A stretch of DNA of 64,000 nt from positions 984,496 to 1,048,495 of the forward strand of contig CAWEUJ010000004.1 in NCBI GenBank assembly GCA_963812205.1, given 5' to 3'. Below, piece by piece: positions 19,028-28,156 of the stretch. The notes beneath the pieces were generated by a model. The model was not told where the DNA came from, did not search any database, and saw only the letters and a list, made by a program, of their open reading frames with translations. Positions within the stretch are counted from its first letter, which is position 1; every line of letters starts with the position of its first letter. The position numbers and the translations under genes were made by a program. This DNA comes from an uncultured Actinomycetes bacterium (GTDB lineage: Bacteria; Actinomycetota; Acidimicrobiia; IMCC26256; PALSA-610).

Positions 19028-20695
19028 GTGACAGTCGTATGCCAAGAACGCTATGGTCTCGGTGTGGACGGCAGGAAATCTTGGCAAGCCGAGTACGAGG
19101 CGCAGCGCGTTCGCGACTCCGAATTTGCGACGCTGTCCGGCATCGAGGTTGACGCGGTCTACGGACCGGACAGCGGCGAGTATCCGGGTCAGTGGCCTTA
19201 CACGCGCGGCCTTTACGCGTCCATGTATCGCTCGAAGCTATGGACGATGCGACAGTTCGCCGGGTTCGGAACCGCCGAAGACACGAATTTGCGGTTCCGT
19301 CAACTGCTCGCGAGTGGCGGGAGCGGTCTCTCGACCGCGTTCGACATGCCGACGCTCATGGGCCGGGATTCCGACGATCCTCTGGCGCTCGGTGAGGTTG
19401 GGCGCGCGGGCGTCGCCGTGGACACCCTCGCTGATGTCGATGTTCTCTTCTCCGATATCGACCTCGGTGCGGTGACAACGTCGATGACGATCAACTCGGC
19501 CGCGCCGTATCTGCTCGCGATGTATGTCGTGCTCGCCGACACGAAGGGCGTCGAGAGAGCACGCCTGGGTGGGACCATCCAAAACGATATTCTCAAGGAG
19601 TATCAGGCGCAGAAGGAGTACATCTTTCCGCCTCGGCCGTCACTACGCCTCGTGACGGACACGATTGCCTTTTGCACCGCTGAGTTACCGCGGTGGCACC
19701 CAGTTTCGATTTCCGGGTACCACATCCGTGAGGCGGGATCGACGGCGGCGCAAGAACTCGCGTTCACCCTCGCCAACGGGTTCGCGTATGTCGAATCGGC
19801 GCTCAGGGCCGGACTCGACGTCGACGAGTTTGCACCGCGCTTGAGTTTCTTCTTCAACGCGCACATCGACTTCTTCGAAGAGATCGCGAAGTATCGAGCC
19901 GCTCGCCGCATCTGGGCGCGATGGATGCGAGATCGATACCACGCGCGCGACCCGCGATCCATGCAGCTGCGGTTCCACACCCAGACGGCGGGCGTATCGC
20001 TCACGGCCCAGCAACCGGAGGTGAACATCGCCAGGGTCGCGCTCGAGGCCCTTGCCGCTGTGCTCGGTGGCACGCAATCGCTCCACACCGACTCCTACGA
20101 CGAGGCCCTGGCGCTCCCGACGGAGCATGCGGCGCGTCTCGCGCTCCGGACACAACAAGTGATCGCGCATGAGACGGGGGCCGCCCACGTGGCCGATCCC
20201 CTCGGTGGCTCGTGGTACATCGAGGAACTTACGGACGAGCTCGAGCGAAGGGCGAAGACCGTGTTCGACCATCTCGCGGGAGTCGGGGACGGCTCGATGC
20301 TCGATGGCGTTGTGCAAGCGATCGAGGAGGGTTGGTTCCAGGGAGAGATCTCCGACGCGGCGTATGACTTCCAGCGGAAGCTGGCGTCGGGACGCTTCGT
20401 CCTCGTCGGCGTCAACGACTTCACTGAAGCTGGAGATGGCCCTGAACCTGCGACGCTCTACGTCGATGCAGAAGTTGAAGCTCGTCAGCTGGATCGCTTG
20501 AAGATGGTCAAGGCGAATCGCGATGCGCGAGGTGTCGAGGTCGCGCTCGACCGCATCCGAGCAGATGCGGTCGACCCGGCGGTCAATCTCATGCCGGCCC
20601 TGCTGGATGCGGCGCGCGCGTATGCAACCATCGGTGAGGTGACCAACGCGCTCACAACCGTGTTCGGTACCTGGACCGAGAGCGCGGTCGCGTAA
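19028..20695 (+). CDS. coenzyme B12-dependent acyl-CoA mutase, large (substrate-binding TIM barrel) subunit, ICM-like clade
   Basis: Motifs are WTMRQFAGFGTAEDTN, LSTAFDMPTLMGRDSDDP, GTIQNDILKEYQAQKEYIFPP and SISGYHIREAG. It has no B12 domain. The start is uncertain (GTG 19028 after GGAG, or GTG 19064); the tracked 18944 start adds an implausible N-terminus. Confidence 0.85.
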   Translation: MTVVCQERYGLGVDGRKSWQAEYEAQRVRDSEFATLSGIEVDAVYGPDSGEYPGQWPYTRGLYASMYRSKLWTMRQFAGFGTAEDTNLRFRQLLASGGSGLSTAFDMPTLMGRDSDDPLALGEVGRAGVAVDTLADVDVLFSDIDLGAVTTSMTINSAAPYLLAMYVVLADTKGVERARLGGTIQNDILKEYQAQKEYIFPPRPSLRLVTDTIAFCTAELPRWHPVSISGYHIREAGSTAAQELAFTLANGFAYVESALRAGLDVDEFAPRLSFFFNAHIDFFEEIAKYRAARRIWARWMRDRYHARDPRSMQLRFHTQTAGVSLTAQQPEVNIARVALEALAAVLGGTQSLHTDSYDEALALPTEHAARLALRTQQVIAHETGAAHVADPLGGSWYIEELTDELERRAKTVFDHLAGVGDGSMLDGVVQAIEEGWFQGEISDAAYDFQRKLASGRFVLVGVNDFTEAGDGPEPATLYVDAEVEARQLDRLKMVKANRDARGVEVALDRIRADAVDPAVNLMPALLDAARAYATIGEVTNALTTVFGTWTESAVA

Positions 20696-20719
20696 ACCGG
20701 TGAGCGTGTCGGTCGACCC

Positions 20720-21100
20720 ATGAGGGTCCTTGTCGCCAAGGTAGGGCTCGACGGGCACGATCGCGGCGTCAAGGTCGTCGCGCGCATCCTGCGAGACGCG
20801 GGCATCGAGGTCATCTACGGCGGTCTGCGCCAGACCCCGCAGACGATCGCGATCACGGCACGGGATGAAGATGTAGATGTCATCGGCCTTTCGCTGCACA
20901 ACGGCGCTCATCTGACGGTCGCGACCGCAGTGATTGCCGCGTTGCACGACCACGGGCTGACGACGCCGGTCGTCATCGGCGGCATCGTTCCGACGATCGA
21001 CATTCCGAAGCTCGAAGCGGCCGGCGTGGCCGCGGTCCTCAGGCCGGGTGCCTCCAACGAGGAGGTCGTCGCTTCCGTGCGTGCCGCGGCGACAACGTGA
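20720..21100 (+). CDS. acyl-CoA mutase small subunit (cobalamin-binding domain)
   Basis: 126 aa. It carries the base-off/His-on motif GLDGHDRG (DxHxxG), then the SxL/GG elements (IGLSLHNGAH, VIGG). Confidence 0.85.
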   Translation: MRVLVAKVGLDGHDRGVKVVARILRDAGIEVIYGGLRQTPQTIAITARDEDVDVIGLSLHNGAHLTVATAVIAALHDHGLTTPVVIGGIVPTIDIPKLEAAGVAAVLRPGASNEEVVASVRAAATT

Positions 21101-21123
21101 ACGCCGCGCCGGCGCAGATCGAG

Positions 21124-21900
21124 CTAGACGATCGCGCCGGCGCTGGTGTGGACGACCTGGCCCGTGATCTCGCTGCTTCCGGGGAGACAGAGGAAGCAAA
21201 TCACACTCGCGACGTCGCCGGCTTCGGACGCGTGGTGCGTGAGGTTCTCTTGCGGCCCCGAGCTTACGATTGCGTCGTATTGCTCGTCGGCAAGTTCCAC
21301 GCCGATCATCGAAGTCTTCGTGACTCCTGGAGCCACCGCGTTGACATTGATGCCGTGGGGCGCGAGATCACCGGCTGCGACACGCGTCAGTGCGTTGAGT
21401 CCCGCCTTCGAAGCGGCGTAGATCGGTGGCACCTGGCGCGCTTGGAACGCTGCGCTGGACGAGACGTTCACGATGCGGCCGCCACCGCCTCGATCAATCA
21501 TGTGTCGGCCGACCTCGCGCGTGAGGACGAACGGGGCGCGCAGGTTGATGTGCATGACCGTTTCGAATGCGTCATCGGTGAAGTCGACCGTGTTCTGGAG
21601 CTGGCCCGTGACGCCGGAAATCCCTGCACAGTTCACGAGGATGTCGATTCGGCCGAAGCCGTCTACGACGCCGCGAACCAACGGCGGCAGCCCTGAGGTG
21701 TCGGCGAGGTCGACCGTGAATCCCTTCGCGGTTCTGCCGCCGCGCTCGACCTCCGACGCGACACGCGCGAGACCCTCGCTATCGCGATCGACGACGGCGA
21801 TATTCGCGCCGTACTCGCTCAGTGCCAACGCGGTCGCGCGACCAATGCCCGAGGCACCGCCGGTGACGAGCGCGACGTGGTTTTCGAGCAGTGATGTCAC
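21124..21900 (-). CDS. short-chain dehydrogenase/reductase (SDR)
   Basis: Motifs are TGGASGIGRA, NCAG, and S...YAASK as the catalytic triad. The GTG at 21900 gives a normal SDR N-terminus (VTSLLENHVALVTGG); the tracked start at 21966 would add 22 aa. Confidence 0.8.
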   Translation of the reverse strand: MTSLLENHVALVTGGASGIGRATALALSEYGANIAVVDRDSEGLARVASEVERGGRTAKGFTVDLADTSGLPPLVRGVVDGFGRIDILVNCAGISGVTGQLQNTVDFTDDAFETVMHINLRAPFVLTREVGRHMIDRGGGGRIVNVSSSAAFQARQVPPIYAASKAGLNALTRVAAGDLAPHGINVNAVAPGVTKTSMIGVELADEQYDAIVSSGPQENLTHHASEAGDVASVICFLCLPGSSEITGQVVHTSAGAIV

Positions 21901-22028
21901 GGGCGATCTCAGCGCTGCTGCGGCTGTTGGTTCATCGCGCTGAAGCCGCCTGTGAGGAGGTAGCACCTTTCGTCCGAACCGTCGGCCGGCATCGGTCCTC
22001 CTGTGCCGTGGCGGAATGACACGCGAAC

Positions 22029-22046
22029 GTGACAGTGTAGTGTCAC
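22029..22046. promoter_or_regulatory. cluster operator motif, copy 1: GTGACA GTGTAG TGTCAC
   Basis: Inverted repeat in the divergent gap between the SDR (-) and the TauD-relic/SDR/ligase unit (+). Confidence 0.7.
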
Positions 22047-22101
22047 GTTACGGTGCGGCTCGATAACGGTCAAGGCGCGGGCCGCCGACAGGAGAACAAC
22101 A

Positions 22102-22356
22102 ATGGCTGCAGCCTCGCAACTCGAGGCCCGCGAACTAACGCCGGAGTTCGGTGCCGAGATCGTCGGACTTGAACCGAAGCAGCCGCTCGATTCTGAGACG
22201 GGCGAGTTCCTTCGATACCTGTTCGACCAGCGCGGTCTACAGCATGCGCGCCCGAACGTCCTCAACGATGGCCCGACGCGTACGCTGCGGAAGGTGGCGT
22301 TCCCTCTTCCCAAGCTCAACCGCGACGAGCTTCCGTCCTACAGCCGCGCCGAATGA
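22102..22356 (+). pseudogene. TauD/TfdA dioxygenase relic with an in-frame internal deletion (84-aa mini-ORF)
   Basis: The first ~42 aa (LEARELTPEFGAEIVGLEP...LFDQRGL) align with the N-termini of the intact paralogs at 48818 and 49696. The last ~40 aa (QHARPNVLNDGPTRTLRKVAFPLP...) align with their C-termini. The HxD...H core is absent. The stop overlaps the next start (ATGA at 22353-22356). Confidence 0.6.
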
Positions 22357-23135
22357 ATCCGTTCACCCTGAAAGGGAAAGTCGCGTTGGTTACCGGAGGC
22401 GGGCGCGGCATCGGCGCGACGATCGCGCGCGTGTTCGCCGAGGCCGGAGCTTCTGTCGCGGTCGCGGCCCGCACCGCCGATCAAGTTGCATCGGTCGCTC
22501 ACGAAATCACGTCGGCCGGCGGTCGCGCGATCGCTCTGACGGCGGACCTGTCCGACGCGGATCAGCTTCCCGATGTGATTCAGCGAACCGTTGGCGAACT
22601 TGGTGGTCTCGACGTGCTCGTGAACAATGCGGGCGGGGGAACCTCGCCCCCCTTCGTCGACACCCGTATCGAGCAGCTGGAGGCCGCGTTCCATATGAAC
22701 GTCGCGGTGCCGTTCGAGTTGGCACGGCTCGCGCTCCCGCATCTGCTCGAGCGGCCGGGCGCGTCGATTCTCAACATGAGCTCGATGGGCGCGCGTAAGG
22801 CAGCGCGGGGGAACCTCGCGTACCACGTTGCGAAGGCTTCGCTGGCGCACATGACGCGCCTCATGGCCGCCGATCTCGGGCCCCGCGTGCGCGTCAACGC
22901 GCTCCTCCCCGGTGCGATCGAAACCGCGGCGCTGGGAGGGGTTCTCGAGGCCCGGCCTCAGCTCCGGGAGCTGCTCATCGAGCACACGCGTATGCGCCGC
23001 ATCGGCGCTCCGAGCGACGTCGCGTATGCGGCACTGTATCTCGCTTCCGATGCTGCGTCATGGGTCACGGGTGTCCTCTTCGACATCAACGGCGGCGAGG
23101 TCGACGAACTCATGGCGTCGCAACCCGACCTCTGA
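22353..23135 (+). CDS. short-chain dehydrogenase/reductase (FabG-like SDR)
   Basis: Motifs are TGGGRGIGAT, NNAG, and S...YHVAK. Confidence 0.85.
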   Translation: MNPFTLKGKVALVTGGGRGIGATIARVFAEAGASVAVAARTADQVASVAHEITSAGGRAIALTADLSDADQLPDVIQRTVGELGGLDVLVNNAGGGTSPPFVDTRIEQLEAAFHMNVAVPFELARLALPHLLERPGASILNMSSMGARKAARGNLAYHVAKASLAHMTRLMAADLGPRVRVNALLPGAIETAALGGVLEARPQLRELLIEHTRMRRIGAPSDVAYAALYLASDAASWVTGVLFDINGGEVDELMASQPDL

Positions 23136-23149
23136 TACGCCCATCTGAC

Positions 23150-24727
23150 ATGACGACGATTCCGACGCTTCTCCGCAGCAGCGCGGCGCGGTTCGGAGGG
23201 CGCGACTACATCGTTACCTCCGAGCGTCGGCTCAGCTTCGCCGAAGCCGAGCTGCAATCCCGTCGACTTGCGAAACGGCTACTGAAGGCGGGCGTCGGCA
23301 AGGGCACGCGCGTCGGGATGGTGTTCCCCCAGGGGCCCGACTTCGTCGTGGCCTTTCTCGCAATCACGCGCATCGGAGCGCTCGCGGTTCCGCTGAGTAC
23401 GTTCTTTCGTGCGTCCGAGCTACGTCGCGCGGTAAGGCACGCGGACGCGCACGTGCTGCTCGCCTCGCGCGGCGCGGAAGCGTTGTTCGAGTCGACGTGG
23501 GCAGAACTGCCGAGCGCACTGGACGCCGAACTGTTTCTGAACAGCGCTCCGTACTTGCGACAGGTCTGGATCTGCGGGGGCGGCAGTGATCGCGCCTGGG
23601 CGATCGACACGCCCGACTTCACGCAGCTCGAAGACGAGAACGCGATCAGTGACGCCTTGTTGGAAGCGATCGAATCCGAGGTCACTCCCGCCGACGCCAT
23701 CGTCATGGTTCATACGTCGGGCGCGACGGCCGAACCGAAGGCCGTCGTGCACACGCACGGCGCGCAGGTTCGGCACGGTCGAGCGATGGCCGCGCTCCAC
23801 GGCGTCACCGACGAGACACGCAGCTTCACGACGATGCCCTTCTTCTGGGTCGGAGGACTCACGGTGATACTCCTGAGTCATCTCCATGCCGGTGCAACCG
23901 TCATCACGATCGAACGCGCCGACGCATCGCTGATGCTCGACCTCATCGAGAAGACGCATCCGACGCGGCTCATCGGATGGACGTTGGTCGAACGCATCAT
24001 GGCGGATCCGGCATTTGCTGATCGAGATCTCACGTGGCTGCTTCCCCTGCAGATTCCTTCGATGCTCGCGCCGGGACGGCGTCACAACTCCCTCGGGATG
24101 ACCGAGACCTCCGGGCCGCACACGGGAGTGCCATATCCCGAGAACACGGCCGATTTGCCGGAACGCCTGCGCGGGTCGTTCGGCGCGCCGCTGGCGGGCA
24201 TTCGACACAAGATCGTGAACCCTGAGACAGGATCGATCGTGGCGGAAGGCGACGAGGGCGAGATCTGCGTGCGTGGCTACAGCCTCATGGACGGGCTGTA
24301 TAAGAAAGAGCGCGGCGACACGTTCGACGTCGACGGCTGGTACCACACCGGTGACCGCGGTTTCTTTCGCGATGGGCTCTTGTTCTTCACGGGTCGACGG
24401 TCAGAGATGATCAAGACGGGTGGCGCGAACGTCTCGCCGCGCGAGGTGGAAGCGGCACTGGAGGCGTTGGCAGAAGTGAAGGCGGCGTTCGTCGTCGGGG
24501 TGCCGGACGATGAGCGGGGCGAGATCGTCGGCGCCGTGGTGTGTCCGGAGCCGGGGTGTCGGCTCGACCCGGCGGCGTTGACCGAACGACTGCGCGCTGA
24601 TTTGTCGAGCTACAAGCTTCCGAAGCGCATCGTCGTCGTGCCGTATGACGATGCGCCGTGGTTGGCGTCTGGCAAGATCAGCAAGCCTCGCATCGGTGAG
24701 TTGCTCCTGAGTGAAGCCGACGAATGA
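23150..24727 (+). CDS. acyl-CoA synthetase / AMP-dependent ligase
   Basis: Start at the internal ATG 23150 (MTTIPTLLRSSAARFG). The AMP-binding core is VHTSGATAEPKAV, with YHTGDRG and KTGGANVSP, and a C-terminal SGKISK lysine. Confidence 0.85.
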   Translation: MTTIPTLLRSSAARFGGRDYIVTSERRLSFAEAELQSRRLAKRLLKAGVGKGTRVGMVFPQGPDFVVAFLAITRIGALAVPLSTFFRASELRRAVRHADAHVLLASRGAEALFESTWAELPSALDAELFLNSAPYLRQVWICGGGSDRAWAIDTPDFTQLEDENAISDALLEAIESEVTPADAIVMVHTSGATAEPKAVVHTHGAQVRHGRAMAALHGVTDETRSFTTMPFFWVGGLTVILLSHLHAGATVITIERADASLMLDLIEKTHPTRLIGWTLVERIMADPAFADRDLTWLLPLQIPSMLAPGRRHNSLGMTETSGPHTGVPYPENTADLPERLRGSFGAPLAGIRHKIVNPETGSIVAEGDEGEICVRGYSLMDGLYKKERGDTFDVDGWYHTGDRGFFRDGLLFFTGRRSEMIKTGGANVSPREVEAALEALAEVKAAFVVGVPDDERGEIVGAVVCPEPGCRLDPAALTERLRADLSSYKLPKRIVVVPYDDAPWLASGKISKPRIGELLLSEADE

Positions 24728-24771
24728 CGCCGGATCCCTGGTTTGCCGTCGCGGACGCACTTCTGTAGATT

Positions 24772-24789
24772 CTGACAGTGATCTGCCAC
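24772..24789. promoter_or_regulatory. cluster operator motif, copy 2: CTGACA GTGATC TGCCAC
   Basis: It lies 24 nt upstream of ATG 24813. A TAnnnT hexamer, TAGATT (24766-24771), abuts its left edge. Confidence 0.7.
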
Positions 24790-24812
24790 AATTGCCCCGC
24801 GAGGAGCGCCGC

Positions 24813-26162
24813 ATGACCGTGACCGCCAACGACCGGGGATCTTCCTCTGCCGCCACTTCAGAGCCCTACGTCATCGTCTCGTGCGACACGCACATCGGTC
24901 CGCGTCTCGAGCAGGAACTCAGGCCGTACTGCCCCAAGGAACTGCTCGACGACTTCGATGCGTTCGCCGCCGGCATCCAGCAGAAGCGGGAGGCGGCGGC
25001 CGCCCGGCGCAAGAAACTCTCGTTCGGGGGCAACGACAACATCGGCGACGACTGGGGCGTGCGCTTCACCAACCTCGAAACCGAGGGCCACTACGACATG
25101 CACGCGCGCATACGCGATCTCGACAACGACGGCGTCGCGGCCGAGGTGATGTTCCACGACAGCCAGAACGGCGAGCCGATTCCGTTCCAGACCGAATCGA
25201 TCCTGATGCGCGGCGCCGATACCCGCGGCCAGGACTTCAATCTGCTCCGCGCCGGGCAACGCATGTACAACCAGTGGCTGGCCGACGTGTGCTCGATCGA
25301 ACCCGAGCGCCACATCGGGCTGATGCACCTGCCGATGTGGGACATCGACGCCGCAGTCGAAGAACTCACGTGGGCGCGCTCGCAGGGTTTGAAAGGCGTC
25401 AACTTCCCATCGCCGAAGCCGTACCTCACGCCGTACAACGACCCGGCATGGGAGCCGTTCTGGTCGGCGTGCGAAGACTTCGGCGTGACCTTCTGCAACC
25501 ACGGCGGCGCGGGCTCGAGCGGTGGCATGGGCCCCGGCGCGATGTCGATCGCGAAGTACGAGATCTCGATGATGGCGCGGATCTGCCCCATGGACCTCCT
25601 CATCTTCGGCGGCGTGTTCGAGCGGCACCCGAAGCTGCGCCTCGTGACGACCGAGTCGCCGGGCTTGTGGTGGAACTTCGTGCTCCAAGAGATGGACAGC
25701 ATCTATCTCACCGACACGCACAGCTACGGCCCCTCGGAGAAGCAGCGCGTTCCGCGCATGCCGAGCGAGTACGCGCGGGAGCAGGTGTTCATCGGTGCAA
25801 GCTTCCAGGCTCGCTTCGAGGCCGAGGACGCGATCGCGCAGGACTACGTCGACCGGATCATCTGGGGTTCCGACTACCCCCACTTCGAGGGCACCTACCA
25901 GAAGGACGCGACCGGTCCCAACGGCGAACCCATGACCTGGGCGTCGTTGCGTTTCACATACGCCGGGTTGCCGTCCGACGAAGTGGCGCGCATGCTCGGC
26001 AAGAACGCGATGAACGCGTACGACCTCGACTATGACGCGCTGAGGCAGGTGTCGGCGCGTATCAACGCGCCGAGCTACGACGACCTCAACGCGGAGAAGG
26101 TGGAGGCGCGCCCGAAGGACTCCGGCCACCTTGCGTTCCGCACGTTCGGCTTCTGGGCTTGA
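24813..26162 (+). CDS. amidohydrolase-2 (PF04909-like, ACMSD/LigI/LigW superfamily) metal-dependent hydrolase/decarboxylase
   Basis: ATG 24813 follows GAGGAG. The N-terminal metal ligand region is VSCDTHIGP and the C-terminal region is IIWGSDYPHFEG. 449 aa. Confidence 0.8.
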   Translation: MTVTANDRGSSSAATSEPYVIVSCDTHIGPRLEQELRPYCPKELLDDFDAFAAGIQQKREAAAARRKKLSFGGNDNIGDDWGVRFTNLETEGHYDMHARIRDLDNDGVAAEVMFHDSQNGEPIPFQTESILMRGADTRGQDFNLLRAGQRMYNQWLADVCSIEPERHIGLMHLPMWDIDAAVEELTWARSQGLKGVNFPSPKPYLTPYNDPAWEPFWSACEDFGVTFCNHGGAGSSGGMGPGAMSIAKYEISMMARICPMDLLIFGGVFERHPKLRLVTTESPGLWWNFVLQEMDSIYLTDTHSYGPSEKQRVPRMPSEYAREQVFIGASFQARFEAEDAIAQDYVDRIIWGSDYPHFEGTYQKDATGPNGEPMTWASLRFTYAGLPSDEVARMLGKNAMNAYDLDYDALRQVSARINAPSYDDLNAEKVEARPKDSGHLAFRTFGFWA

Positions 26163-26368
26163 ACCCGACGGTTCGGACACTCCGTCACGGGCGCCCGCGA
26201 TACGCCATCCAACAACTAAGGAAACCGGGGCAATGACGACCGAGTCGGTGCCGATGCGAGGTGACAGATCAACCCTGGTCGCTGTTCCTCGGCGGTCGGA
26301 AGAGCGATGCGACGCTCGAGGCCCGAGTTCGAGCGACCGGGCCAAGGTGTTCACGAAGGGCGCGCGTC

Positions 26369-28156
26369 ATGGGGGCTGACGGATTCGACTTCGATCCCGT
26401 CGCACTCAAGAAGAAGTACGACGAGGAGCGCGACAAGCGGCGGGCGATGCGGCCAGAAGGTCTCGCCCAGTTCCGCTCGATGACTGGCGAGCTCGAGCAC
26501 TACGCCGAAGACCCGTACACCCCCGTCGAGGAGCGAGCCCCGAAGCGGGTCGAGACCGATGTCGTGATCGTCGGCGGCGGGTTTGCCGGGATGCTCGCGG
26601 CGGCGCGCCTGACGAAGGAGGGCATCGACGACTTCCTCGTCCTCGAGCGCGGCGGAGATTTCGGGGGCACGTGGTACTGGAACCGCTACCCGGGTGCGGC
26701 ATGCGACGTCGAGTCGTACATCTACCTGCCCCTCCTCGAGGAGGTCGGCACGGTCCCCTCCATGAAGTACGTGTTCCAGCCGGAGATCTTCGCGCACTGC
26801 CAGGCCTTCGGTCGGACCTTCGACTTGTATCGGCGAGCGCTGTTCCACACCCGTGTTATCGACGCTCGCTTCGACGAGGCGACGTTCCGGTGGGTCATGA
26901 AGACCGACCGCGGCGACGAGCTGCACGCGCGGTTCGTCATCGTGGCCTCCGGCCACTACCGGGAGCCGAAGCTGCCGGGCATCCCCGGCATCGAGACCTT
27001 CTCCGGCCACAGCTTCCATACGAGCCGCTGGGACTACGACTACACGGGCGGCGCCCCGGGCGAGCCGATGGTCGGCCTCCGCGACAAGGCCGTCGGGATC
27101 GTCGGCACCGGTGCGACCGGAATCCAGTGCATCCCGCAGCTGGCGAAGGACGCCGGGCACCTCTACGTCTTCCAGCGCACGCCGTCGTCGGTCGACGTCC
27201 GGGCCAATGCACCCACTGATGTCGAGTGGTTCAAGTCCCAGCCGCCGGGTTGGCAGCAGGAGCGGATGGAGAACTTCGTCGCGCACTACCGCGGCACCGA
27301 CCCGGTCGATCTCATCCAGGACGGTTGGAGCCAGCTCATACACGGGATACAACGGCGAGCGAAGCCCGACATGACTGCGGAGGAGATGGCCGACCTGCTG
27401 CAGATGGTGGACTTCGAGATCATGGAGCGCATCCGCAAGCGGGCCGAGACCGTGGTGCGCGACCCGAAGACCGCCGAGGCGCTCAAGCCTTGGTACAACT
27501 GGCTGTGCAAGCGCCCGTGCTTCCACGACGAGTACCTCGAGGTGTTCAACCAGGACAACGTCACGCTGGTCGACACCGAGGGCCGAGGCATCGACCGCAT
27601 CAGCGGCAACGTCATCGTCGCCAACGGCGAGGAGTTCGAGCTCGACCTGTTGATCTTCGCCACGGGGTTCGAGTTGTCCCCGTACGAGGAAGGTTCCCCG
27701 CTCCCGGTGACCGGCCATGATGGTCGCACGCTGGCCGAGAAGTGGAAGGAGGGAGCCACCACGCTGCACGGCCAGCACGTGCACGGCTTTCCGAACCTGA
27801 TGCTGTCGACGACGCGCCAGGCCTCGTGGGAGAACAACTTCCCCTTCTCGCAGGACGTTGTGGCCACCCACCTCGCCAAGTTGATCCGCCACGCCCTGGA
27901 CGATGGCGTCGCGACCTTCGAGGTCACGGCGGAGGCGGAGGCGGAATGGGTCAGCTTCCATGAGGAGAAGAGCCGGCCGTCGCACGCGCGGTGGAAGGAG
28001 TGCACGCCGAGCTACTTCAACCAGGAGGGAAGCGGCGACGACCAGCGCATCCTGCGAAACGGCGGATTCGGCGGCTCGATCATCGAGCTGCGCGACATCC
28101 TCGCGGCGTGGCGGGAGGAGGGCATGCCCGGCCTGACGATGACGAGCGAGGCATGA
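26369..28156 (+). CDS. type I Baeyer-Villiger monooxygenase (FAD/NADPH, cyclohexanone-monooxygenase family)
   Basis: The first dinucleotide fold is VVIVGGGFAGM, the BVMO fingerprint is FSGHSFHTSRWD (FxGxxxHxxxWD), and the second fold is VGIVGTGATG. 595 aa. Confidence 0.85.
   Translation: MGADGFDFDPVALKKKYDEERDKRRAMRPEGLAQFRSMTGELEHYAEDPYTPVEERAPKRVETDVVIVGGGFAGMLAAARLTKEGIDDFLVLERGGDFGGTWYWNRYPGAACDVESYIYLPLLEEVGTVPSMKYVFQPEIFAHCQAFGRTFDLYRRALFHTRVIDARFDEATFRWVMKTDRGDELHARFVIVASGHYREPKLPGIPGIETFSGHSFHTSRWDYDYTGGAPGEPMVGLRDKAVGIVGTGATGIQCIPQLAKDAGHLYVFQRTPSSVDVRANAPTDVEWFKSQPPGWQQERMENFVAHYRGTDPVDLIQDGWSQLIHGIQRRAKPDMTAEEMADLLQMVDFEIMERIRKRAETVVRDPKTAEALKPWYNWLCKRPCFHDEYLEVFNQDNVTLVDTEGRGIDRISGNVIVANGEEFELDLLIFATGFELSPYEEGSPLPVTGHDGRTLAEKWKEGATTLHGQHVHGFPNLMLSTTRQASWENNFPFSQDVVATHLAKLIRHALDDGVATFEVTAEAEAEWVSFHEEKSRPSHARWKECTPSYFNQEGSGDDQRILRNGGFGGSIIELRDILAAWREEGMPGLTMTSEA

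Noticed and set aside
26261-26278. A possible tenth operator copy in the 206-nt gap before the BVMO (GTGACA GATCAA CCCTGG).
   Set aside because: Only the left half-site matches and the right half has no similarity. A second near-miss (GGACA-ctcc-GTCAC at ~26176-26190) has the wrong spacing.
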